The notes under the pieces are model-generated. The model searched no databases and was not told the origin of the DNA. It was given only the letters and a program-made list of their open reading frames with translations. From Azolla caroliniana (Eukaryota > Plantae > Polypodiophyta): a stretch of 64,000 bases of DNA. Location of the stretch: the NCBI GenBank assembly GCA_043228905.1, contig JBHGNT010000013.1, positions 14,756,001 through 14,820,000 on the forward strand, written 5' to 3'. Positions 48,828 through 61,676 of this stretch are shown piece by piece (positions within the stretch are counted from its first letter, which is position 1; every line of letters starts with the position of its first letter). The translations under genes were made by a program, and so were the position numbers.

Positions 48828-51266
48828 TTATTGCATTAGACTTGCATCATCTACCTCTTTCTGCATGAAAGCATCCAGATAGATGTTTGACATGCAAACA
48901 TACACCGCCTCATTTTTTTCGTCCAATTCTAATGCTTGCTCAAAGGCATCTCTTCCAAGCTCCAGATTGCCCCATTTTCTACAAGCTCCCATCACAATAT
49001 GCCATAGCACAATATCAGGAAGAAATGGCATCTTCTCTATAATTGATAGAGCTGTGGCCAAATCCCCTGCACGTGCAAGGATATCGACCATGCAAGTAAA
49101 GTGATCACGAGTGGGAACTAAACAATAGTCATTTATTAGTGCCTCAAAATACATTTGCCCGAAAGCCACTAAGCCTGCATGACTACATGCATTAAGAACA
49201 CTTATAAATGTTGTCAAATTTGGTTCTATGTTGTCCACCATTAATTGATTAAAGGTATGAAACACATTCTCACTATTGCCTAGTTGAGCATATCCTGAAA
49301 CTAATGCATTGCATGAAACTACATCCTGAACGTGGAGCTTGTCAAAGATATAGTGTGCTTCTGCAAGAGAACCACATTTAGCATACATATCAACCAGGAT
49401 GTTGCCCACAAGAAGCTCCTCTTCAAACCCTCTCTCAATTATCTCCACGTGGACCAATCTACCCTTCATTTTTGACCCTACGCTTGCACAGGCTTTCAAA
49501 CTGCAAATATACGCAATAAAATTAGGAGAGATTCCTTGATGTTGCATCTCTTCAAAACAATAAAGTGCCTCTTCACTACAACCATGCTCAAAATAACCAA
49601 CAAGAAGAGCTGTCCAAGAAACAACATTGCGAATAGAAAGTTTGTTGAATATCTCTTGTGCTTCAAAGAGCAGTCCACTTTTTCCATACATATCTACCAA
49701 GATATTGCCAACAGAAGGCTCCATTTCAAGCCCTTTCCTGACTATCTCAACATGTATTTCTTGACCCTTTCCTATGGATCGTGTACAGCTACACGCTTTC
49801 AATGTGCAAATGAGAGTCCCAGCATCAGGAGTGATGCCTTCATTTTGCATCCTTTTCAAGCAATAGAGTGCTTCTTCGCATTGCCCTTGTTCCACATATT
49901 CTACAATCAATGAGTTCCATACAGCTACAGTCCGAGCTGGGATCTTGTCAAAAAGTTCAAGTGCTTCTATCAGCAAGCCACATTTTGCATACATATCAAT
50001 CAGAATACTGTTGTCAAGGTCAGCTTCTAGACCTTTCACAATAACCTCAGCGTGTACTTTTTGTCCCTTCACTCCAGCTCTAATGCTCGCACAAGCTTTC
50101 AAGGCACAGACATACGTGATAGCACTTTGTAATATACCTTCGTGCTGCATTTGCTCCAAATAGCAAAATGCCTCTCTACTGTACTCATATTCAACATATC
50201 CTGCAATTAGTGTATTCCATGAGACAACATCTCGAACAGGATGCTTCTCAAACACTTCTGCTGCAGTCTCCATCAATTCACATTTTGCATACATATCAAT
50301 AATAGCATTGCCAACAAGAAGCTCGTTTTCTAGTCCATGTATCACAACATCCATATATAGCTTGTCACCTCTTTGTATATCTTTTATGCTACCACAAGCT
50401 CTCAACCAACAAATGAGTGTTACAGCATTCGGAGAGATCTTTTCTATTTGCATTTGTTCTGAAAAGGAAAGCGCCACATCACCGAGCCCATGTTCTACAT
50501 ATCCTGAGAGAAGTGCTGTCCATATGACAACATTACGAGCTTTAAGACCACCGAAAATACTTGATGCTTCGGCAAGGTAACCACATTTAGCATACATATC
50601 TACCAACACACTTCCAATGAAAACATTCCTCTCCAGGAACCCTTTCTGAACAATGTCAGCATGAAGTTCTTGGCCTTTGCTTAAAGCTCTGATACCTATA
50701 ACCCCACAAGCTTTTAAGACGCATACAAATGCAGATGCATCCAGGGTCAAGCCATTGGATTCTATCTGAGTTAAGCACTGGAGAGCTTCTTCACCATGTC
50801 CATTCTCCGCATACCCAGCAATAAGTGCAGTCCAAATGACAACATTGCGGATGGGAAGCTTATCAAAAACCTCTTGTGCTTTCTTAAGTGAACCACATTT
50901 AGCATACATATCCACCAGGGTGCTGCCAATGTAGACATCTCCAAGAAGACCTCTTCTAGCAATCTCAGAATGTATAAGGTTGCCACTATACAGATCTTCC
51001 ATCATGGTGCAAGCTTTGAGGAGATGAGCAAAGACATGGCCATCAGGTGGTGGCAGAGAGGAGGCATCATCATGTCCCTGCAGTCTGTCCTGGTACAAGG
51101 CCAAGGCATGACCGAATTTGTCCTGTTTCACGTATTCGATGACAAGGGCTTTCCAGGGACATGGACGATGATGATTCTTGGGCAGATTTGGCCGGTGCAG
51201 AGCAATGCACATACTGCTCCCAGCTTGGGATGGAGGCAGGAGGCAATCAATGGTACCTTGCTTCAC
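48828..51266 (-). CDS. PLS-class pentatricopeptide repeat protein with E domains, no DYW (organellar RNA-editing factor type)
   Basis: Intact 812-codon ORF with repeated LVDMYAKCG / VVSWTALI / YVCALKAC P-L-S motifs, then HFTCMVDILARAG and WHIVMGACRKWGN...YVCMSNIY E region. The listed start is GTG; the first ATG is at ~51212. Confidence 0.93.
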   Translation of the reverse strand: MKQGTIDCLLPPSQAGSSMCIALHRPNLPKNHHRPCPWKALVIEYVKQDKFGHALALYQDRLQGHDDASSLPPPDGHVFAHLLKACTMMEDLYSGNLIHSEIARRGLLGDVYIGSTLVDMYAKCGSLKKAQEVFDKLPIRNVVIWTALIAGYAENGHGEEALQCLTQIESNGLTLDASAFVCVLKACGVIGIRALSKGQELHADIVQKGFLERNVFIGSVLVDMYAKCGYLAEASSIFGGLKARNVVIWTALLSGYVEHGLGDVALSFSEQMQIEKISPNAVTLICWLRACGSIKDIQRGDKLYMDVVIHGLENELLVGNAIIDMYAKCELMETAAEVFEKHPVRDVVSWNTLIAGYVEYEYSREAFCYLEQMQHEGILQSAITYVCALKACASIRAGVKGQKVHAEVIVKGLEADLDNSILIDMYAKCGLLIEALELFDKIPARTVAVWNSLIVEYVEQGQCEEALYCLKRMQNEGITPDAGTLICTLKACSCTRSIGKGQEIHVEIVRKGLEMEPSVGNILVDMYGKSGLLFEAQEIFNKLSIRNVVSWTALLVGYFEHGCSEEALYCFEEMQHQGISPNFIAYICSLKACASVGSKMKGRLVHVEIIERGFEEELLVGNILVDMYAKCGSLAEAHYIFDKLHVQDVVSCNALVSGYAQLGNSENVFHTFNQLMVDNIEPNLTTFISVLNACSHAGLVAFGQMYFEALINDYCLVPTRDHFTCMVDILARAGDLATALSIIEKMPFLPDIVLWHIVMGACRKWGNLELGRDAFEQALELDEKNEAVYVCMSNIYLDAFMQKEVDDASLMQ

Positions 51267-51341
51267 CTTTCTTTACCTTACCATACCTTACCTTACCTTT
51301 GCACCCCCATGGTCCCATGGTGCAGAGATAAGTGTCAAATT

Positions 51342-52575
51342 TCAATTCAAATGTCTAAGAATATCATGATATGTGATCTTTGCAGAGTTCTCTCACTTCA
51401 TGGTCGAAACTTTGAAACTTCGAGATTTCGGAACTTCTCTAGCACTGTCGATTCCCACAAAAGAAGTCCCTTTTCTAACTTTACAACATATTTTATCACC
51501 CCAACCTGCGAATCGAGAGTGCAGGCAGTTTTCGCATATTCCAATTTGAACTATAGCCCCCAATACCTCAAGAACTCAAAAACGATTTGGAAATTAGGTT
51601 TTGGTTCAATGTTCTCCATATGTGCAAAAAACCACTTGAATGAAGATAGTCTTACTCCAATTAAAGACATCCACACTAAATTGATACACCTCCAAACCAT
51701 TCTAGCCATCGGGCATGAAAGAAATCGATGCCTACTATGTTCCAATTCCACCAAACAAAAGAAACACATTCCTCTAGCAATGTTCCTTTTGTTTAAAAGC
51801 ATCCCCTAATGGTAAAGCTCCAACCATAACGCTCCAAATGATTACCATATATCGTAGCATCAATCAAGAACACCAACCTACCTTGATCACATGAAACTAC
51901 GACATAATGGGCTTACGAAAATTCAATATCTTGATAACCTTTTCTTCCATCCACTTATGTTTGTCAATCAACTTTTGATTAGCATCATTTGTTGAGATCA
52001 TGGTCAATGCCCTATTTCCAACAAATGTCCAATCAAGCTCTTGAGATCCCTCATCTAAATCAAGAATTGGCTCATACGAAGATAATGATCCTTTCAACTT
52101 ATCCCAAGTAAAGGTATAACCTCTTGGAAATGTTGATCTTGTTGTTCACGAGGCCATTAATCTTTTGTGACACCAACATAACATCCTTGACTATTACCAA
52201 ACCCAATCTACCCATTTGATTACATTGAAGGTAAGAAATTGTTTACCTTCCCACCTCAACAACCTTGATGTCGCCAAAACCTCCATTTGCGATGAATTGG
52301 CACATTCCCCTTCTTGTGGAGGATACCATTACACAAAATCCAACATACTTTAACTATGAGAGAACCTTCACATTTGACATCCCTTTTAGAAGCATCAATT
52401 GTCATGTTTCCAAACGTAATTCCCGTCTTCTCTATGAACTATGCCACAATATCTATCCAATGTTGTACACCCTCAAACATAAATTGAATGGAAGTAAATT
52501 GATCACCGACCATATACTCATATAAATTCAATATTGATATCCCACCAAGACGCTTCAAAGTACATTATGCAAACC
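51342..52575 (-). mobile_element. L1 ORF2 3' fragment, same family as 27261-32820
   Basis: Close DNA match to 27390-28620 (CFFCLVELEHSRHRFLSC; FEFLRYWGL). Confidence 0.9.
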
Positions 52576-52949
52576 ATGATCCCAAAGGATATGAAGCATA
52601 TGTTTTACCACTAACCCATATGTTGTCGAGGACATGTGTACACTATATTTTTACGACAGATACAACTACGAGAATCATCATATGAGAATTTGCCCTTACC
52701 TAAGAAGGTTAAACTTTACATGTTCTTTCATATAAAAACTAGATATCAATGAAATTTAATATATCAACTTTTTGCCATAAAAAATATCAATAAACATCCA
52801 GTCTTTTGAATTGTTTGAATATGCGCATTTTGTAATCCATATCATTGACATGTCATACATGCTTTTGTTTGTAGAAAATCGTAATAGTTTAAAGAAAAGA
52901 TAATAATACTTTCCTAAATTGAATGCTTATAACACATTCGTCTCGCCTC

Positions 52950-54271
52950 AAGCACGATACAGTCTTCTCATGTGTTCTTCATGCCATAGACCAAAGTTGT
53001 GTGTTTTTCTTACCACATAGTTACAAACCAAAGTTGTCATAAAAGTTGATGACATCCATCGCACTTTGGGTTCCCCCACCAACAATAGGTATATAGGTAC
53101 CTCGAATGGATGCAAAGAATCCAATGATGGATGATTGGAAGACTTACCTTGCTCCCCCCACACCCCCTCTATGTCCAAGGCATGTTGACAAGCAAAAAGT
53201 GAGCATTCGACAACCAACAAATTGATGTGAGCGCATGACGATCCATCAAGGGGAGTGTGTGTCCATGTGAAGGAGAGATGTGTGTGTGTGTGTGTGTGTG
53301 TAAACCTTAGGTTATGGATGGTGCATTTGCAATACATACATACATACAAATATACACATCGTCTACAACACACTTCATAAAATGTACATGTACATGATTG
53401 ACCCACCAATAGAGGATAGAAGGTCACATTGGAAGTTATGGGTGTTGGGTAAACAACCTTTGTTTAGATTAGCATCGGACCCAACTGATTATCAGTGGAC
53501 GCATCCATTTATTGGTAACAACTTTAATTTTTTCCAATATCCTATACAGTTGGGAAGACATGTTTTGTTGGATAGATGGGATGTGTTACCAATTGCATTT
53601 CAATACTGGAGTTAGTGGGCTATTATTCTGATATTTTGTGCTAAGCTTTGGGTTAGCCTATGGGCAAGAAAACAGTCACGACAATTACTCCATACACAAT
53701 GGTTACTTGTGCATTGAGCCTTGCATGGTGGCACATGGCTGCATAAGATGGAATATCCTCTAGTTGTGCTACTTGTCATTTACAAGTTGAAACTAAGAAA
53801 CATTGTCTAGTACGTATTCACATGGGGGATGGTGGTTTGGACATCACTTGTTCGCTCTATTTTCCATTCCGATGCTGAATCTATGGACTAATAGTTTTCA
53901 ACCTAACTTTGGAAGTGTTTGTGGACTTCCCTTAGTGTCTTTGTAGTTAGTTTTTAGGGATAAAGAAGGAGGCTCAACCATTATGAGAGATATCGAGTAG
54001 TCATCTAGAAGGCTCATTTTTCATCAAGTTAGATGTGGTTCATACTTTGACGGGTCAAATGGGAAGGTATTACTGGAGACTCAGGCGAAAAAGCTGATCG
54101 GTTTCTTTACTTTGTGGAAAGCAACTACAGGTATGGCCTTGAAGAAGAATGGCACTCATTTCCGGCACCGGGGGGGGGGGGGGGGATGACGATTATCCCC
54201 TCCGCAGATGACTTAGGAATCACAACTTTGTAAGTTGTTTACACTAATGAATGGATATCTTTTCAAAAATA

Positions 54272-54345
<74 letters not shown>
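52950..54345 (+). mobile_element. Decayed L1 3' fragment (different family) with (TAAA)n tail
   Basis: zf-RVT-like remnant (CATCHLQVETKKHCL at ~53766), ending in a (TAAA)n run at 54269-54345. Confidence 0.6.
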
Positions 54346-54346
<1 letters not shown>

Positions 54347-54600
54347 AAACAAATTAATTAATTAAAATAAATAAAAATGTACAATATATGTACATGAGAG
54401 AAGAAGCTCTGCCCTGCCAAAGGAGGGAAGAATTTAGGCTATGCTTTTGCAAACAGAGAAAAAAACAGAGCAAGAAGAAGAAGAAGAAGAAGTAGTAGTA
54501 GAACAGTAGCAGAGGAGCAGAGGAACAGGACACAGAAAGGAAAAAGAAACAGAGTAGAGAGAGAGAGAGAGTGGCAGGAGAGTAGGGAGTGAGAGACGCC

Positions 54601-55911
54601 ATGAGGCCAGGGATCCTGAACCTTGCTGCTAAAGCCTGTACAGGCAGAGCCACCCCTAAGGCTCCCAAACCTTCATCATCCCTCCCATCTGTCTCTTCTT
54701 CCGTCTCCTCCGCCCTGGAGAAGAAGAAGACGATGATGAAGAAGGATGAGGCGGTGGTTGTGAAGCCCCCCGTGGTCAGGAAAATGCCTGTTTGCAAGCT
54801 CTCTCCTGCGCTCTCCGATGTGCTCCAGGTCTCCGAAGCTACGCGCACCGAGGCCCTCAAGAAGATATGGGATTACATCAAGGCGCACAAGCTTCAGGTA
54901 TGTGAGATTAACCCAGAGAGAGAGAGAGAGATAATTGTTGTTTCTAGTGGGATTCTAACCTGGGGTAATGGGTTAGGAAAAACTTGGTTTACCACTAGGC
55001 TGTGAGGACCTGTATGGAGATGCCACATTCTCATTTGCTTTTCGCATTGTCCATTAAATTTTGTTTCATTTTTGTAGAAGTAAGGTTGGTATAGATTTGT
55101 GAACTGAAAGGTCCTTTTTTTTCATTTCAACCTCAATGGAAAGTGTTTTTGCTGCCAAAATCAAAGTAAGAAAGAAAGACATGTTAATGTCTCCAAAGGT
55201 CTAAATTGCTCAATGCGTTTGTGACGTGAACTTGGCACCATACATATTTTAAATGGCAAGGTTGTTGATGCTAAAGTGTATGTAAGTAAGCAAGAATGAC
55301 ATGTTAATGTCTCCAAAGGTCCAAATTGTTCAACATGTTTGTTGCAACTCAACCATTGTAATTGAGAACAATGAAAGAATTGAAATCAATATAATACTTA
55401 ATGGCTATTCTGCTAAAGTATGTAGCTAGAGATTTATTGGCTTGAATCATTGTGATTGCGGTTGTGCCATACAGTGGCGATGATGTCTTATGGAGATGCT
55501 AGAGGATGAATGCTATAGTTCAGTCTAAGGATTTATGAGAGGACTCTAAAATTGCTTCCTACTTGCTCCTGAAATTTTGTCATCAGTCATTTGTTTTCAC
55601 ATGATTTCTGAAGTCAAATTGATCTATCAAGTCTAGTAGTAAAGGGATGGTATTCACGTTTTTGTTTCTTAGGCTGGTATTTGGAAGGGGTTTCATAAAT
55701 TGTTGCATTTCTGGTTTTTTAGTTTCTGAAGTACATATGTTTTTAATTTATGAAACATGATTTGATCTGCTGCCTTCTTTTTCAGAACTCCGAAAACAAG
55801 AAAGAAATCCTGTGTGATGAAAAGCTGAAGAAGGTTTTTGTTCACGATAAGATTACCATCCATGAAGTTGTAAAATCTATGAGTCCCCACATATCAAAGA
55901 AGAATGAATAG
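54601..55911 (+). CDS. Stand-alone SWIB/MDM2-domain protein (~140 aa), probably organelle-targeted; exons 54601-54897 and 55786-55911
   Basis: LSPALSDVLQVSEATRTEALKKIWDYIKAHKLQ|NSENKKEILCDEKLKKVF..DKITIHEVVKSMSPHI SWIB core, GT-AG intron, Ser/Ala/Lys-rich N-terminus. Confidence 0.92.
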
Positions 55912-57742
55912 AGTTGCGGTCGTTGATTTAGGCTTTCATACATCGAGTCGCGAACACAGCAGACTTCCCGCCGAGATCGAAAAAATGTTTTGCTTGTGCC
56001 CATTCTCATGACTAGTGCTTGGTTTTTGGTCATGGAGAGGGTATAGATACTTCTCCTGCTATTAGCATATAGGAATTTTGACAGGAAGGCTGCAAAGCCT
56101 TGCCTCTAGATTAGGAATTCAGAAATACCGGATTGTAAGGTAATGGCAGCTAATGATGTGCATTTTGATGTGGCTGCCAATGCCTTCATAAATCATAACT
56201 ATGCGGTAATGAAACTATCTTTGTAATGCATGCAATTTTATTGCATGCACAAAACCATGGGTAGTTTCTTTCTCTTTTTCTATTGTGTCCTCCTTTCTTG
56301 GTTCATGGCTGTATTATCTTCAATTAAGCCGTGCCATGATGTCTCCATATGATTGCATCAAGATTTTGCAAGGTTCCATACCCTTAGTGGTTAAACTGTT
56401 GATTGCAATATGCCACTGAAAATGATTAGTATCTAACGTTAATGATAAGCATTTGCATGTAGCATCAAGTTTGATGACATGTTTATTTTATGGATACCCA
56501 CTATAAGTTGACTTTTGTTAAATGAAAGCACTTAAGAAATATCATGCTCATATCATTAAGGATTCGTCTATTCTCAGAATTGCTTCTTATGCTAATAATT
56601 GCAAAAAAGTTACATTAATGCTTAATATGTGTAATTGGTTGGATGACATATCTTTTAAGTAACGTTGTTAATTCTTTCTTATAATTGCCTCATGGACAGC
56701 AATCATCATATGCAATGTTCATGGATGCTCCATGTGATTGATTATGTTATTAGGTATGTGTTTTTCAAAATCAAACTTCCCATGCCTAGATTTGGCATTT
56801 TCATTTGTATTGCTCATTAATTTTAATAATGTGAAGCAGTTTGTGAGTAATGTCAATATTAATTATGATAATTAATTTGGTTTTCTATTTATTGTTAAGC
56901 ATCAACATTCAATAATGGAATTCTTCTTTGAAATTCAAACATATTTGGAATATTGATATAACTTTGGCTATAGGATATGATACTATTCTTTTCTTTGTCG
57001 GAATGGCTATAAATGAATAGATAACCACTGATGTGCATGCCCTAGAGCAACCATCCTCACTAAGATCTATGATATTTTAACCAATTAGTTTGAATTGATA
57101 GATCCTAGAACTCAAAACTTGGTATATTTGAACAATAATTGGTGCACTAAAATTTACAAACTCATTTTACACCTTAATATGCAACCCCAAAAAATTAATG
57201 CTCATCACATACTTGTACACAAGAAATAATAAGAAAACATTTTCACACTATGATTTTGGCATGTCATCAAGTAAAAACCAACATTATGGGTTTGATTTTA
57301 ATGGATAGGTAGGTATGTTCTCACCTTCCAAGCCTACATTACGTTGAATGCTACAAATCATGTTTGATTGTTGATATTTCCAAACCTTGAAACGTAGTTG
57401 CATTTTCAAGGATGATTGTTGTTGGGATCTATCATCCATCTCGATGAACCTTATATAGTTTCTATATCTCAGAATGAAGCCCTAGGGGTACAAAATCACT
57501 GTTAACACCATGACTTCGCACAAGTGATTCTGAATCATCAACGGTTTCACACGTGATCATCAGCATGTACGAGAATTGAGAAAGACCGAGACATGATCTA
57601 TCTATCTATATGGGTGATTAGCAGGTGCGCAAAGGAGAAAACCGTGTGTCTACAACAAAAACAATCGCGACTGATTTGTGCCCCGGACTCTTGTCTCTCA
57701 GTGAGATGATCGTCGAGTGTCGGACATCTACATGTTCACTTT

Positions 57743-57792
57743 CAGCCGATAAGCTGATAACTAATAAGCTGATAAGCCGATAAGCTGATAAG
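57743..57792. repeat. GATAAGC(T/C) short tandem array
   Basis: AGCCGATAAGCTGATAACTAATAAGCTGATAAGCCGATAAGCTGATAAG. Confidence 0.85.
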
Positions 57793-59180
57793 TCCAGGGT
57801 ATATAGTATGTACCCATAAAGAGAACAGAGCGCAGCCTTTACCTCTCTGTTTTACCTCTCTGTATCTATGTATCTTCTATATGTTCTGCCATATATGTAT
57901 ACATAACGACAGTTGTTCTTCAGATTAGAGGTATTCGTTCACTTTCCTAGACGCCACACATCGTGCAAATCTCCTTGTTCGATCTGCAGCAGCAGCAGCA
58001 GCAGCAGAAGAAGAAGAATTTAGAACCGCCAAAGGTAAACACGTATGTATTTTGTTTTCTGGCCTCCTGTTCTTTGTTTTTTGTCGAAGAAAGGACGATA
58101 CATGCCTTTGTTCCAATCGATGCTTTCTTAAACAGAGTCCTTGTACAGATTTTAATGTAGAGAATCCGTGGTTTCATGTGGAAAAGAAGGATGAGAGAAC
58201 TATTTTCCGTCTGCCATTAAACAAGATGATGCATAAATTACTTCAATCTCATTGTTTTTTGCCATTTTAAATGGGAACTCGCCAAGATTGTTTGATTATA
58301 GTCAATATAGTGAATAGGACGGGTTTAATAAAGCCCTGCTATATTGTGTGATTTCTTGTACAGAAACATCACTGTAATAGTAGACAATCTTGTCACTTTT
58401 ACCACTATTATATTGGTAAGGCTATAAAATCTTGATGCCCTTACTATGTAATGTTTTATGTAGTGGATAGTGAAACCTTGGGTTGACTCTATGTGTATCA
58501 AATTCACATTTTGCCAGAATTCATAAGAGCAGATTGAGGTTACATTGTTTATGCTGACTGTGGGCTGACTATCATTGGTTTTCTATTGTCATGATGCAAA
58601 GATCTATCAAATCTGAGTAATTCGTGACAATGGTCTGAGATCTGAGGTATGCATTATCTTTTTACAGAACCCAAATCTTGGATGACGGAAAGACACCTCT
58701 TCTAGGATGGGAATTTTCGTGGGTTTCATGTTTGTATAATAAGATTGGATGAGGAACAATTGGTTCAAGAAGATTGCGTGTAGTTTAATGGATTGATATG
58801 AAAGAAATGTCACATTTTCCATGCCTCTCTAGGCTTGTATTTAATATGTTTTTTCTGAAAATGGTGCTTTTCCAGATGATCTTTCGCATTCATTTACATA
58901 GGGTTCACATTAGGCAGATTTTCAGTTACATGCATTTATTTCAAAGCTACTATAGTCATAGTTTGTGTGTTATTGTTATGTAGCCGTGATGTCATCTTCA
59001 CTTTTCATAACATTTTATTTATTTTAGACTTTGAGGTTGCATTTAGAGAATGCATATTGTAAATTTTTTGGAATGTACTTTCATATTTTTGAAGATGGAA
59101 CAATCAAATAGAAATTTTCAGCTCATTTGCATTTTTCATAGACAGGGAAACATCGAACGCCCTGAACCATTGAGGGAAGG

Positions 59181-59866
59181 ATGCTTCAGTTTCCGACTCT
59201 AAAGCCTCCTACTCTGGAGCATCATTCACAATGGGCATCAACATTATGTGAAGAGGCTCTTCTAGCACAAGAGGAGGCTGAGCTTGAAGACAAGGTAATC
59301 ACTCTCTACGTGTCAATTTAGCACATGATTGGACTCTTCCAAGAATGGTGAAACTTGGTTAGAAACAGTCTTTGTTGGTGTATAGTATTTATTTTAGTTT
59401 GTTTCTGTATGTAGATAGTCTTTATTTATTGAATACATTTCTTTGCTTAGAAGAAAAAAGAAATCTGACATGACCTAAGCAGAAAACAATTTCTTCACAA
59501 CTGCAAGTAAACAGCTGTGATGTAATAAAATTGTCCTGGTGGACTCTGTGAATCAGCCTAGTATCGTAATAGCTTTGTAGTTTCTGAGGTTTGACAAGAT
59601 AAAGGAATCATATATTTTTAGTAGTATTATATAATAAGGTTTTTGAACATGTAAGATTTGACTTCTGTTATTTGATGAGATTATTGCTCTCATTTTTCTC
59701 TTTGCAGTATAATGAGATTCGAACAGCAAATGAAGGTCTGATTCCCATAGGAAAGATCAATACAGATAATGAGCAAGACGAATTTGAGGGTGATGGGGAC
59801 GATGATATTGATGATCCTGGAGATGATGAAAGTGAAGGTGAAGACTTTGAACAAGAAACTGGATAA
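59181..59866 (+). CDS. APC15: Anaphase-promoting complex subunit 15 (plant type); exons 59181-59294 and 59708-59866; probable 5'-UTR intron ~58035-59145
   Basis: MLQFPTLKP...EEALLAQEEAELEDK|YNEIRTANEGLIPIGK...DDESEGEDFEQETG matches recalled plant APC15 (MLQFP...EEL..AMEE..LEDK.NEIR...IGK...ESEGDEFEQETG). Confidence 0.88.
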
Positions 59867-61676
59867 CACATTATAATGCTAGCCTACTGTAGAATATTGA
59901 TTTTACACTACATCTGAATCTCTGATGATATTTCAGCCCATGTACTTCGTCCAGTTATAAAAACTGGCCTTTTCTTAGGGTTATGTTTTATATGCTTTGT
60001 TTTTAAGAGGCAATTGCCTTGATGTTTTTATATGGGTTATGCTAGGACATTGGTATATACAGAAAGGACTGAAACATGTACATAGTTTTGCGTCTAGATT
60101 TATAATGGTAAGTCTTCTCCAGTGAATCAATCGTCTTTAAGCTAATAGACTATTCATGACTAGATCAATGATCTTTTGGCTTGATCAAGTCTATGTTTTC
60201 ATGACCCGAGCAATCACCGTCTATACCTTTCAGCAAGTAAGGTGCCTTAAAACATTCTTAAAATGTGGTTATGATAGACCTATTTGTGCCATATATCAAA
60301 TTTTATTTAAAAGAGTTCAAAACTGCTTCATGATGATACTTGTATCATGTTCTCAAACGTGATTGTTCGACGGACTTTGAATTGCTGATAGTCTATGCGT
60401 GAGACTGCATAGATTGTTTATTGTGGTTATACCTTGATGATTGTATAATGGATCAACCTAATCGTTTCAATGGGCCTCAAATTGCTGGTTCACATGTATG
60501 AGATGTAACAGTTTTGTTTGATGCAGTTATGCCCTAATGCTTTGAAGTCATGGAAATCATTTGCCTCAAGTTTATTGTATTATATGAGATAATAGTGTGC
60601 ATGTATCAATGGAGTTTTCTATGCAGAACATAATTTCGTCAATGGTTGTGAAAATGTTATATGTTCATTCTAGAAAAATATCTGTAGTTTTTAACACCTT
60701 GGCAGAAGACAGCCAAACTGAGAGGTATCAGAATTTTTTAGTTAGGATGATTGGTTAGATTTTAGCTTATAGCACTAGTCAAAGGTAGAACAATAATATT
60801 AGTGCATGGCACTAGCCTAAAAGTAGAACGATGACACACAAGCACCACTAATTTCCTGATACGTGAAGCAGAAGTTAAAGGTTGGCGGTGATTGACACAA
60901 CATGTAACAGTGGATGCAGAATTTCCCCTCATGTATTCTGCATGTCACTGAATAAAAGGAATGTTAAGGTCAAAGAAAAAGCTTTGGCTTTATAGCTGCT
61001 CAGAAGCATAAAAGGAAGTAGAACAATTCAATTGAACTAGGAATATTATTAACTCAAAAACCATTTTCAGGAAAGACAAGGGTAGCAATCTGCTTGGATA
61101 ATCACAAGTTTTGATACCAATCATTAGTTAACGCACAAAAGACGTGACCTCAACAAAGAGCTGAACCATACAATTGTTCCAACAATTACTTTTATAATCA
61201 TACCGCTTAAAGAAGAGAATTGATGGAAGTCTAAATACACAAAATCAATCATATACCACAAATACAAAATCACCATACCAAATCAGACAACCAGTTTATG
61301 GTGAATTGGTTTACATAAAACATTGTAATGGAATCGACACGGGGTTGGAAAAAATGCCTCTGCCATAAGATTTCTTGAGAAAATGCATCCATCTTAAGCT
61401 TAGATGGAAACATACCTGTGTATTGAAGTTTCGGGTCTTGATTTGCTATCAGTTTATTTTAGCAGCAATTATTCTCTGAAGAGAAATGTTCCATGTGAAA
61501 GCAATTGGACATGGGTTAATTGATCCTAGAGGTTGATCATAGACCAATCAACGATAGTTGGTTGAGCAAGGATGAATGCATAAAATTAATGAGTATACAC
61601 TAAAACCCATCCAACCTCTTCAAAACCCAGTTTCTTATGTCAAGATTATAAGCAAAATGTATGAAGTATGTATGGA

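Noticed and set aside
55175-55345. Short duplications in the SWIB intron (also in the DnaJ intron ~63270-63500 and at ~24760)
   Set aside because: Ordinary local duplications with no further structure.
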